A DNA stretch of 64,000 nt, from assembly GCA_031546705.1 (NCBI GenBank), contig JAVBJX010000005.1, positions 20,992 through 84,991 of the forward strand. Reading direction: 5' to 3'. The stretch is from Bacillales bacterium. Lineage in GTDB: Bacteria; Bacillota; Bacilli; Bacillales; JAVBJX01. The notes below the pieces were generated by a model. That model saw only the letters and a program-made list of their open reading frames with translations, searched no databases and was not told the DNA's origin. Within the stretch, counting starts at the first letter, position 1; every line of letters starts with the position of its first letter. This document shows positions 53,080 to 62,186 of this stretch, piece after piece. A program made the translations under genes and the position numbers.

Positions 53080-55260
53080 TTAAACGGTTTCTGTCTCTTC
53101 CATCACTTCATCATCTGCCATTTTCCAAGTAATATCAATTTCATCACCAGGTGCTAGTTGTTCATGAAAAGCTGCTGAAGAACCGTTACGTAATAATTCA
53201 AAAGTTGTTGTTTTGTCTTTGGGAAAATCAACTTGTACGGTGCTAAAAATATCTTGGACAATGAATGGTTCTTGCTTTTTTTCTACTGTTGTAATGGAGT
53301 CCCCAAAAGAGAGAATGGAGTCTTCGGATAATCGTTCATCTTGTCTATACCATTCTGTAGATGATTTTGTTAATGTAAGTTGCTCACCATTATAAATAAC
53401 TGGAATCGAATAGGAAAGTCGCATTTGTCGTTCTTCAGCAACATCTTTCACAGTTGGTACAGTCGTTCTTGTAATGAGAATAACATCATTATGTTCAAAA
53501 GTGGAGAAGGGTTTTACTTCTTTACCATTCCGATGAATACATCCTGAAAATTCTTTAAGTTCCACTTGTCTTTTATTCATATGAATAATTAACGGTTGTA
53601 AATGGTTGAGAAGATCAGCAATCCCAATTTGTTTTAATAGATCTTCAATTGTTTTTGGCATAGATAATTCAATGACATCTCGGTCTTGAATAAATACATC
53701 TGGTGTTGCCTTTTTTCCATTAAGTAATATAGTTGCTTCAATTACATAGGTTGTACCGTTTATTTTTACGGTTTTTGTTGGAATGACATCAATCAACTCT
53801 TTTAATTGAATTGGGAGTGTACCGCCATCTAATCCTTTTTCTACCGTGATAGAATCTTCTGCTCGAACGAGGTCTTCAAAGGTTGTTATTTTTCCGTTTT
53901 TTAAAATAACGGGAGCTTTCCCGTATTGTCCAGGAAAAGAAATTGTTTCGCCATTAAATGTAACAACGGTTGCCATTCCTGGTCTTCCGTATAGCTTGTT
54001 CATTTGCACACCAGCGGCAAGCACACAGTCACCAATGGTTAATGTTTTCATATCAAATAAACGGATTTGTTGGTCATTCACATAGACTGAAATATATTGC
54101 ACAGGGCTTTGTTTAGAAGCGATGGCAATTCCAACCGGTGTAACAAGTTCAGGGCGGCGTTTTACGTCCTCAGATACTTCTTGGAGCTTTTGGATAGCAT
54201 CAATGCCTCGAATAGCGACACGATTTTCAGGGAGCTTCATTTTTTCTGCTAAACGTCTTGGGATTTCTGGAGTTAAACTGCCACCACCAATAAGCATAAT
54301 TGCTTTTGGGGCAATATTATTATTAAGTGTAAGGATTTCTTCACTAATCGAAGAAGCGAGTTTTTCAATGGTTGGATCAATTGACTCCATTACTTCTGCT
54401 TTAGGGATTTCCATTTCAAAACCTAAAATATCAGTAATTGTCACAGATTCACACGTATTAAGTTGCTTCTTTACATTCTCAGCAAGTGGAAAATCAAGCA
54501 AATAATGGTCGCTAATTGCTTCGGTAATTTCATCTCCAGCAATTGGAACCATTCCATAAGCAACAATTGCTCCACTATCTGTAATGGCAATATCTGATGT
54601 TCCTGCCCCAATATCAACCAGTGCGACATTTAAACGACGCATAGTTGGAGGAATGAGAACATTTAATGCGGCGATTGGTTCAAGTGTTAAGGCATCCATT
54701 TCTAAATCAGCACGTTGCAATGAAGCAATTAACGATTCAACAACAAGCCGAGGTAAAAATGTGGCAATCACTTCAACGGTAGCTTCTGTTCCTTGTTGAT
54801 CAATTAAACTCCCAATTTCTTCTCCATCAATTCGATAACGCATGACGGAATAGCCAACACAATAGTAGTGACAGCTTTGTCCAGCTTGATGTTTTTTTGC
54901 TAACGCTGTTTGTGCTTGTTGCACAGCACTCAATTCCAAATGAACAATATCATCTTGGGTAATCATTGGCTTTCCAAGAACACTAATACTTAAAGTCGAT
55001 CGTTCTGTTTTTAATGCCCGACCTGCCGCAGCTACGCAAACTTTTTTTAATGGACCGTGTACTTCTTCTAGTTCCGCTTTGATTTTTGAGATAACATTTG
55101 CTACAGCAAGTACGTCATGAATTTGTCCATCTACCATTGCTCTTTCGTCATGCTCTTGCACAAGCATACTTGCTAGTTCATATTTATCATCTGTTTTTTT
55201 GAGAATAATACCAACAACAGAACGTGTTCCTATATCCAATGCAAAAATTGTTTCGCTCAT
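53080..55260 (-). CDS. FtsA/PilM-like actin-fold ATPase fused to ~330 aa of repeated beta-grasp-like modules
   Basis: N-terminus: FALDIGTRSVVG (phosphate 1), VALVDIGAGTSDIA (phosphate 2), LIGGGS (adenosine). The C-terminal half has 5-6 repeats of the pattern (V/I)..NG.......(L/F)..(G)D.I... Confidence 0.7.
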   Translation of the reverse strand: MSETIFALDIGTRSVVGIILKKTDDKYELASMLVQEHDERAMVDGQIHDVLAVANVISKIKAELEEVHGPLKKVCVAAAGRALKTERSTLSISVLGKPMITQDDIVHLELSAVQQAQTALAKKHQAGQSCHYYCVGYSVMRYRIDGEEIGSLIDQQGTEATVEVIATFLPRLVVESLIASLQRADLEMDALTLEPIAALNVLIPPTMRRLNVALVDIGAGTSDIAITDSGAIVAYGMVPIAGDEITEAISDHYLLDFPLAENVKKQLNTCESVTITDILGFEMEIPKAEVMESIDPTIEKLASSISEEILTLNNNIAPKAIMLIGGGSLTPEIPRRLAEKMKLPENRVAIRGIDAIQKLQEVSEDVKRRPELVTPVGIAIASKQSPVQYISVYVNDQQIRLFDMKTLTIGDCVLAAGVQMNKLYGRPGMATVVTFNGETISFPGQYGKAPVILKNGKITTFEDLVRAEDSITVEKGLDGGTLPIQLKELIDVIPTKTVKINGTTYVIEATILLNGKKATPDVFIQDRDVIELSMPKTIEDLLKQIGIADLLNHLQPLIIHMNKRQVELKEFSGCIHRNGKEVKPFSTFEHNDVILITRTTVPTVKDVAEERQMRLSYSIPVIYNGEQLTLTKSSTEWYRQDERLSEDSILSFGDSITTVEKKQEPFIVQDIFSTVQVDFPKDKTTTFELLRNGSSAAFHEQLAPGDEIDITWKMADDEVMEETETV

Positions 55261-55381
55261 AAGTAGTCCCCTCTTAAATTCATATAATGGAAAAAATAGT
55301 ATAGATAGGCTTATAATAAACTTTGGTTACTAAAACTTTAACATATTTTTGCGTTTAGTTAAATATGGAAGGAAGAATATA

Positions 55382-56434
55382 ATGAATCATACATTAGATG
55401 AACTTAGAAAACGGATAGATGAAATCAATTTACAGATGCTACAACTGCTCAGTGAACGTGGGAAACTTGTTCAAGAAATCGGTAAAGCAAAGGAAGCACA
55501 AGGGTTGTTCAAATATGATCCGATTCGAGAGAGAACAATGCTTGACTTAATTGCCGAATATAATGATGGACCGTATGAAACAGCTACATTACAACATATT
55601 TTTAAAGAAATTTTTAAAATGAGCTTAGATATTCAGCAATCGGATAAAAAATTACTCGTATCACGCAAAAGAAAACAAGAAGATACAATTATTGATATAA
55701 AGGGAAAATTAATTGGTGATGGAAAATCATACTTTATTGTGGGGCCTTGCTCAGTTGAAAGTTACGAACAAGTAGCAGAAGTTGCAAAAGTAGTAAAAGA
55801 AAATGGTTTGAAATTACTTCGAGGTGGAGCATTTAAACCACGCACTTCTCCCTATGATTTTCAGGGACTTGGGGTAGAAGGACTACAAATTTTGCGAAGT
55901 GTTGCGGATGAATTTGATTTAGCAGTTGTTAGTGAAATTATTAGTTCGTCTGATGTGGAAATGGCACTTGATTATGTCGATGTTATTCAAATTGGGGCAA
56001 GAAATATGCAGAATTTTGATTTGCTCAAAGCAGTTGGACAAGTGCAGAAACCAGTCCTCTTAAAACGGGGGTTAGCGGCAACACTCGAAGAATTTATTTA
56101 TGCAGCGGAATATATTATGTCACAAGGAAATGAACAAATTATTCTTTGTGAAAGAGGTATTCGGACATATGAACGAGCTACACGAAATACATTAGATATT
56201 TCAGCTGTTCCGATTTTGAAGCAAGAAACACATTTGCCAGTATTTGTAGATGTGACACATGCAACTGGTCGGAGAGATATTCTCTTACCTTGTGCAAAGG
56301 CGGCTCTTGCTATTGGAGCAGATGGTGTAATGATAGAAGTCCATCCAGATCCAGCCGTTGCCTTATCTGATTCAATGCAACAAATAGATATTCCAACATT
56401 TCAAACGTTTATAAGAGAATTGTATAGAATGTGA
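55382..56434 (+). CDS. aroA: Bifunctional chorismate mutase / 3-deoxy-7-phosphoheptulonate (DAHP) synthase
   Basis: N-terminal CM domain ([32 protein letters not shown]) plus a KDO8PS-like DAHPS core ([34 protein letters not shown]). Immediately upstream of ccpA, as in Bacillus. Confidence 0.9.
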   Translation: MNHTLDELRKRIDEINLQMLQLLSERGKLVQEIGKAKEAQGLFKYDPIRERTMLDLIAEYNDGPYETATLQHIFKEIFKMSLDIQQSDKKLLVSRKRKQEDTIIDIKGKLIGDGKSYFIVGPCSVESYEQVAEVAKVVKENGLKLLRGGAFKPRTSPYDFQGLGVEGLQILRSVADEFDLAVVSEIISSSDVEMALDYVDVIQIGARNMQNFDLLKAVGQVQKPVLLKRGLAATLEEFIYAAEYIMSQGNEQIILCERGIRTYERATRNTLDISAVPILKQETHLPVFVDVTHATGRRDILLPCAKAALAIGADGVMIEVHPDPAVALSDSMQQIDIPTFQTFIRELYRM

Positions 56435-56535
56435 CAATTTGTTTAGATATATTCTAAATTTTATGTAAAACTATTTTTTTTCGCTCTACAATGTCGTATG
56501 ATAGTGTTGTACAATTGTTTGAAGGAGGTAGGACA

Positions 56536-57525
56536 ATGAATGTAACTATTTACGATGTTGCACATGAAGCAAGAGTATCCATGGCAACGGTTTCAAGAGT
56601 AGTGAATGGAAACCCAAATGTTAAACCATCTACAAGAAAAAAAGTGCTAGATGCTATCGAAAAGCTAGATTATCGTCCAAATGCCGTTGCTCGTGGACTC
56701 GCAAGTAAAAAAACAACGACAGTTGGTGTAATTATACCTGATATTTCCTCTGTTTTTTTTGCGGAGTTAGCTAGAGGAATTGAAGATATTGCAACTATGT
56801 ACAACTATAATATTATTTTGTGTAATTCAGATGAAAGCAAAGAGAAAGAAATTCGTCTGTTAGATGCACTTCTTCGCAAACAAGTGGATGGGATTGTATT
56901 TATGGGAAGTTGTGTAACAAAGGAACATGTAGTGGAATTTAAAAGATCACCAGTGCCAATTGTTTTGGCGGCTACGATTGAAGAAGACCAAACAATGCCA
57001 TCTGTTAATATTAACTATGAACAGGCGGCGTATGAAGCGGTGAAGTTTCTAGTGAAAAAAGGGCATACATCTATTGGATGTGTCCTTGGACTGATGAGTG
57101 ATCCTGTTGGGCAATTAAAGTTACAAGGATATAAAAGAGCATTACAAGAGGCTTCTATAGTATCTGATGAGCAACTTATTTTTGAAGGTGATTATACATA
57201 TGATTCGGGACTCGAAGCATACGAAAAGTTATCTGAGTTACAGCCAACGGCGATTTTTGTAACAACCGATGAAATGGCATTAGGTGTTGTGCACAGTGCT
57301 CAAGATAATGGTGTGCATGTTCCAGAACAATTAGAAGTGATAGGTTTTGATAACACAAGACTCGCTATGATGGTTCGTCCTAAGTTATCAACAGTTGCCC
57401 AACCAATGTACGATATTGGAGCAGTAGCTATGCGGCTTTTGACGAAGTATATGAACAAAGAAGCAGTGAAGAATCATATTGTTGTATTGCCGTACAGAAT
57501 TGAGTATCGGCAGTCTACGAAGTGA
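56536..57525 (+). CDS. ccpA: Catabolite control protein A (LacI family)
   Basis: [63 protein letters not shown] is near-identical to the B. subtilis CcpA N-terminus. ATG after GAAGGAGG. Confidence 0.95.
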   Translation: MNVTIYDVAHEARVSMATVSRVVNGNPNVKPSTRKKVLDAIEKLDYRPNAVARGLASKKTTTVGVIIPDISSVFFAELARGIEDIATMYNYNIILCNSDESKEKEIRLLDALLRKQVDGIVFMGSCVTKEHVVEFKRSPVPIVLAATIEEDQTMPSVNINYEQAAYEAVKFLVKKGHTSIGCVLGLMSDPVGQLKLQGYKRALQEASIVSDEQLIFEGDYTYDSGLEAYEKLSELQPTAIFVTTDEMALGVVHSAQDNGVHVPEQLEVIGFDNTRLAMMVRPKLSTVAQPMYDIGAVAMRLLTKYMNKEAVKNHIVVLPYRIEYRQSTK

Positions 57526-57546
57526 AAATTTCTACTAACCCATACA

Positions 57547-57594
57547 AAAAATATCTGATAAAATCAAGAGGAAAAGATTTTATTAGATATTTTT
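57547..57594. terminator. Bidirectional terminator between ccpA and acuC
   Basis: AAATATCTGATAAAATC-N10-GATTTTATTAGATATTT (17-bp stem with one G-U pair) followed by a T-run. Confidence 0.75.
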
Positions 57595-57731
57595 GTTTTT
57601 CAGAAATTTATCATCTCAGCTTCATCGGTGTTTTAAAAATGGATATCAAATATACAATTAAAAAAAGAAAAATAATAATTCCTATGGATGCCCCCCATAT
57701 AAACTACTATTTTTCTTCATAATTACCATCC

Positions 57732-58886
57732 TCATTTTTTCTGAATCGAATACAACGCTTTCATCACCGTCTGAGCATTCTTTTCTTCAATCTCCGCTTT
57801 TCTAGGAATTGGTTCATAAATAGATGGACCATCATTAAATGACAACGGTAATGGATGAGCCGATTTTTCTTGCCATTCCTCTAACCAACTTGTTGGAATT
57901 GGTTTGTTTGCTAAGTGCATTTGTTCACTCATCTCCAACCAAACAAGTGCCCATGCTCTAGGAACAACACGCCATATATCATAGCCACCACCACCAACAG
58001 CAACCCAGCGTCCATTACAATATTTGTGAGCAAGCTCATGAGCAAGTTTTGGGATTTCGTAATATGTTTTCATGGTTGATGAAAGATGTGTAAGTGGATC
58101 GTAATAATGAGCATCCGCTCCATTTTGAGTCAAAATAATATCAGGGCGGAAAAATTCCATTACAGCATTCATGGATTCTCTATAGGCATATAAAAACGAA
58201 TCATCTTCTGTAAAAGCATCTAAAGGCACATTAAAAGAATAACCGTAACCATCCCCTTGCCCTCTTTCTGTGACGTTGCCCGTACCGGGAAATAAGTAGC
58301 GTCCTGTTTCGTGAATAGAAAGGGTACAAATAGATGGATCATCATAGAAAGACCATTGAATACCATCTCCGTGATGAGCATCTGTATCAATGTATAAGGC
58401 ACGTAGTCCATATTTTTGGTTGATATATTTAAGAGCTACAGAACAGTCGTTATATATACAAAATCCCGATGCTTTCCCCCTAAATCCGTGATGTAATCCT
58501 CCACCAAAATTAACCGCATGTTCAGCTTCACCACTCATCACTAAATCAACAGCAGTTAATGTACCACCAACAAGCAATGCACAAGCTTCATGCATATTTT
58601 TAAATATTGGTGTATCTTCTGTACCAACTCCATAACTTTGCCCTTGTTCATTCGATAATTGACCGTGTCCAGCTCGTGTAATTGCTTGAATATAATCACG
58701 ATCATGTACAAGAGCCAGCTCTTCGTCCGTTGCCATGCGTGGGGCAACGATGTCTTCATCACATACAGCATTTATTTTTTTTAGCAAATCAAGTGTAACA
58801 GTAGGGCGTATTTGATTGAATGGATGTTCATCATGAAAATAATAATCTTCATAACGTGGAGAATGGACGTACTTTACTCGTTTCAT
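57732..58886 (-). CDS. acuC: Acetoin-utilisation protein AcuC (class I HDAC-like protein deacetylase)
   Basis: HPFNQ.R, GGLHH, YID.DAHHGDG and HE.G.YLFPGTG motifs. ATGA overlap with the acuB stop sets the start at 58886. Confidence 0.85.
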   Translation of the reverse strand: MKRVKYVHSPRYEDYYFHDEHPFNQIRPTVTLDLLKKINAVCDEDIVAPRMATDEELALVHDRDYIQAITRAGHGQLSNEQGQSYGVGTEDTPIFKNMHEACALLVGGTLTAVDLVMSGEAEHAVNFGGGLHHGFRGKASGFCIYNDCSVALKYINQKYGLRALYIDTDAHHGDGIQWSFYDDPSICTLSIHETGRYLFPGTGNVTERGQGDGYGYSFNVPLDAFTEDDSFLYAYRESMNAVMEFFRPDIILTQNGADAHYYDPLTHLSSTMKTYYEIPKLAHELAHKYCNGRWVAVGGGGYDIWRVVPRAWALVWLEMSEQMHLANKPIPTSWLEEWQEKSAHPLPLSFNDGPSIYEPIPRKAEIEEKNAQTVMKALYSIQKK

Positions 58887-59524
58887 GGTGTAAGCTCCGG
58901 AAAGTGTGGCCAAACGACTTCATAACCAGCTTCTTTTAAATGATTAATAGTAGCTATCGGATTAATTGTTTGAATTCGGAATCTAAGTAAACGATGGATA
59001 TTATCTTGATCTGGATAAAGGAACACGCTCAAAATATTAACATTATGTTCTGTTAATATAGAAGATACAGTACTTAATGTTCCAAGTTGATCTGGAACTC
59101 TGACAATTAATTGAGAACCAGGTTGATCAACTCCAGTCATTTTAATATACAAACGTAATAGGTCAGTGTCTGTGAGTATGCCAACAAGCACACCTTCACT
59201 TACAACTGGAACTCCTGGTAAATGGTGTTCATAAAACATGGCAGCTGCATCTTCTACGAAATCAAGTGGATGAGCGACAAGGGTGGGAGCCATAATCGCA
59301 CTTAGTGGTTTTTGCCAATCGTCATTTGTTGTAGTTTCATCGAAAATAGAGGGACTAGCATCACGAACATTTCGAGATGAAACCATTCCAAGTACACCAT
59401 TGTTATCATCAACAATTGGAATCAAACGAATGCGGTGCTTTCTTAATTCTTTTACTGCTTCTTCAATCGTATTTGTAGCTTTTAAAGTAATGACTTTTTT
59501 ACTCATTAATTCTTCAACAAGCAT
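58883..59524 (-). CDS. acuB: AcuB (tandem CBS plus ACT domain protein)
   Basis: Two CBS motifs (V.ELM.K.VITL......EA......H.I...P.VD..) and a C-terminal ACT-like region. Position between acuA and acuC. Confidence 0.85.
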   Translation of the reverse strand: MLVEELMSKKVITLKATNTIEEAVKELRKHRIRLIPIVDDNNGVLGMVSSRNVRDASPSIFDETTTNDDWQKPLSAIMAPTLVAHPLDFVEDAAAMFYEHHLPGVPVVSEGVLVGILTDTDLLRLYIKMTGVDQPGSQLIVRVPDQLGTLSTVSSILTEHNVNILSVFLYPDQDNIHRLLRFRIQTINPIATINHLKEAGYEVVWPHFPELTP

Positions 59525-59535
59525 GACTATTCCTC

Positions 59536-60168
59536 CTAGAACATAAATCGATTTGTAAACCTAAGTCTGTCAAATTTCTGAACATCTATAAGATTAATTC
59601 GACTTCCAATACGTGCCATTAAACAATTAGCGGGGTGGGAACAAATTTCAGGGTCATCTGTCGCAAAATAAACAAGACCGCCAGCATTCATCATTTTCTC
59701 CATCATGTCACGATATTTCCAAACATTTAAACCTGTTCTTTTTAAATCCCAGTGCCAATAATACTCTGTTGTAATAATAATATAATCTTCCATTGCATCA
59801 TCTAGCATGGCTAACTTCAGCATATTTTTACCGATGTTACCGCCACGATAAGATGGTGCAACTTCAATTGCACCAAGCTCTATTAAATTTTCCATATTTC
59901 CTGATGACCAACTTTCTAATGGATCAGGATAGAGATAGGTTGTGTAACCGATAATCATATCTTCATCTCGGACAATAATAATCCGTCCTTCAGGTAATGC
60001 GGCAATTTCAATAAGTGCTGCTTGTTGCTCCTTCGGCTGACGAAAAGCTGTTAGTTCTGGATGCATTTCATAGGTTGCTAGAACATCAGGAGAAATTGGA
60101 CCTTCTATAAACACTTTCCAGTTATCCGTTTTTATTTCCTGAGAGTAATATGTTTTTTTATGCTCCAT
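59536..60168 (-). CDS. acuA: AcuA (GNAT acetyltransferase acting on acetyl-CoA synthetase)
   Basis: 210 aa with a GNAT core (IE.GAIEVAP.YRG..IGK.ML). Divergent from acsA, as in B. subtilis. Confidence 0.85.
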   Translation of the reverse strand: MEHKKTYYSQEIKTDNWKVFIEGPISPDVLATYEMHPELTAFRQPKEQQAALIEIAALPEGRIIIVRDEDMIIGYTTYLYPDPLESWSSGNMENLIELGAIEVAPSYRGGNIGKNMLKLAMLDDAMEDYIIITTEYYWHWDLKRTGLNVWKYRDMMEKMMNAGGLVYFATDDPEICSHPANCLMARIGSRINLIDVQKFDRLRFTNRFMF

Positions 60169-60334
60169 ACTTTCACTCCTTAAAATATAATCAACACAAA
60201 TACTACTATTATTTAAGTATACTATAAATTTTCTTTTAAGTTAAAAATTCCCTATCGAATCTACAATTAATTTTTGGGAATAGTGCTATTAATGAATCAA
60301 ATAAACAATTTTCCAGACTTAAATAATTAAAAAA

Positions 60335-60376
60335 TTGAAAAATAAATAAAAAAGTAGTATAATGAAAGCGGTTTAA
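60335..60376 (+). promoter_or_regulatory. acsA promoter with an overlapping cre (CcpA) site
   Basis: TTGAAA (60335-60340)-17 nt-TATAAT (60358-60363). TGAAAGCGGTTTAA (60363-60376) fits WTGNAANCGNWNNCW with one mismatch. Confidence 0.55.
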
Positions 60377-60401
60377 TAAATACACTAGGGGGGTAAAAGA
60401 C

Positions 60402-62120
60402 ATGACAAAAGAAATATTATCAGTTGTTCAAGGGAATTATAATTTAAAAGATTACGATGAAATGTATCAGAATTTTAATTGGAAAGATACAGAGAAACAT
60501 TTTTCGTGGTACACAACCGGAAAAGTAAATGCGGCCTATGAAGCAATTGACCGTCATGTTGAAACAGAAAAAAAAGATAAGGTAGCCCTATATTATCAAG
60601 ATGCTTCAAGAAAAGAAAAATACACATTTACAGACATGAAGAAGATGTCTAATAAAGCGGGAAATGTTCTGAAAGATAAGGCTGGTGTGAAAAAAGGAGA
60701 TCGTGTCTTCGTTTTTATGTCACGTACACCAGAATTATATTTTGCTGTACTCGGTGCAATAAAAATTGGAGCGATTGTTGGTCCGCTTTTTGAAGCATTT
60801 ATGGAAGGTGCTGTTCGTGATCGCTTGGAAGATAGTGGAGCGAAAGTAATTGTGACAACGAAAGAATTATTACCACGTATTCCTGTGGCGAGTTTACCCG
60901 ACTTACAAAAAGTTGTTCTTGTAGGTAGTGATGTAGAGGAAACGGATGTTCAAGTTGACTTTATGAAACATTTTCAAACGGCAAGCGACGAATTGGAAAT
61001 TACGTGGATGGAGCGAACTGATGGATTAATCTTACATTATACATCTGGTTCAACCGGAAAACCAAAAGGTGTTTTGCATGTTCATAATGCAATGATTCAA
61101 CAATATCAAACAGCAAAATGGGTAATGGATTTTCAAGAAAATGATGTATACTGGTGTACTGCCGATCCGGGTTGGGTAACAGGAACAGCATACGGAATTT
61201 TCGGTCCTTGGCTAACAGGTACAACAAATGTGATTGTAGGTGGCAGGTTTAGCCCAGAAGGATGGTACAAAGCAATTGAAGATTACAAAGTAACTGTTTG
61301 GTACAGTGCTCCGACAGCATTTCGGATGTTGATGGGTGCTGGTGATGAAGTCTTAAAGAAATTTGACCTATCTTCACTACGTCATGTATTAAGTGTTGGT
61401 GAGCCACTGAATCCAGAAGTTGTTCGTTGGGGTCATAAAGTATTTGACCGCCGTATCCACGATACATGGTGGATGACGGAAACAGGAGCACAACTTATTT
61501 GTAACTATCCATGTATGGATGTTAGACCAGGATCTATGGGCAAGCCAATTCCAGGTGTTATTGCAGCAATTGTTGATGACCGAGGAAATGAACTTCCTCC
61601 AAATCGCATGGGTAACTTAGCGATTAAAAAAGATTGGCCTTCGATGATGCATACTATCTGGAATAACCAAGAGAAGTTTGAATCTTATTTTATGCCGGGT
61701 GATTGGTATGTGTCTGGAGATTCAGCATTTGAAGATGAAGATGGATATTTTTGGTTCCAAGGTCGTGTCGATGATGTCATTATGACTGCTGGTGAGCGTG
61801 TTGGTCCATTTGAGGTAGAAAGCAAACTAATTGAACATCCAGCTGTTGCTGAAGCGGGTGTTATTGGTAAACCAGATCCTATTCGTGGAGAAATTATTAA
61901 GGCATTTATTGCATTGCGTGAGGGGTACGAACCTTCAGAAGCATTGATGGAAGAAATTAGAACATTTGTCAAAACTGGACTTGCGGCTCACGCTGCTCCA
62001 AGAGAAATTGAATTCCGTGACAAATTGCCAAAAACACGAAGCGGGAAAATTATGCGCCGTGTATTGAAATCATGGGAATTAAATTTGCCAACAGGTGATT
62101 TATCAACGATGGAAGATTAA
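60402..62120 (+). CDS. acsA: Acetyl-CoA synthetase
   Basis: 572 aa. YTSGSTGKPKGV, W..D.GW.TG, TGD....DEDGY.WF.GR.DDVI...G.R.GP.E.E, PKTRSGKIMRR. Confidence 0.9.
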   Translation: MTKEILSVVQGNYNLKDYDEMYQNFNWKDTEKHFSWYTTGKVNAAYEAIDRHVETEKKDKVALYYQDASRKEKYTFTDMKKMSNKAGNVLKDKAGVKKGDRVFVFMSRTPELYFAVLGAIKIGAIVGPLFEAFMEGAVRDRLEDSGAKVIVTTKELLPRIPVASLPDLQKVVLVGSDVEETDVQVDFMKHFQTASDELEITWMERTDGLILHYTSGSTGKPKGVLHVHNAMIQQYQTAKWVMDFQENDVYWCTADPGWVTGTAYGIFGPWLTGTTNVIVGGRFSPEGWYKAIEDYKVTVWYSAPTAFRMLMGAGDEVLKKFDLSSLRHVLSVGEPLNPEVVRWGHKVFDRRIHDTWWMTETGAQLICNYPCMDVRPGSMGKPIPGVIAAIVDDRGNELPPNRMGNLAIKKDWPSMMHTIWNNQEKFESYFMPGDWYVSGDSAFEDEDGYFWFQGRVDDVIMTAGERVGPFEVESKLIEHPAVAEAGVIGKPDPIRGEIIKAFIALREGYEPSEALMEEIRTFVKTGLAAHAAPREIEFRDKLPKTRSGKIMRRVLKSWELNLPTGDLSTMED

Positions 62121-62139
62121 TAGATTTAGATAAAAGAAG

Positions 62140-62178
62140 AGGATAAATTAATCAGGGGGGCCCCGATTAATCTATCCT
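62140..62178. terminator. Bidirectional terminator between acsA and the PBP gene
   Basis: AGGATAAATTAATCAGGGG/CCCCGATTAATCTATCCT, an ~18-bp stem with one bulge. Confidence 0.7.
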
Positions 62179-62186
62179 TTCTGCGT

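Noticed and set aside
57522-57722. 66-aa ORF between ccpA and acuC.
   Set aside because: It has no SD and spans the bidirectional terminator of two convergent genes. Its composition is that of AT-rich spacer.
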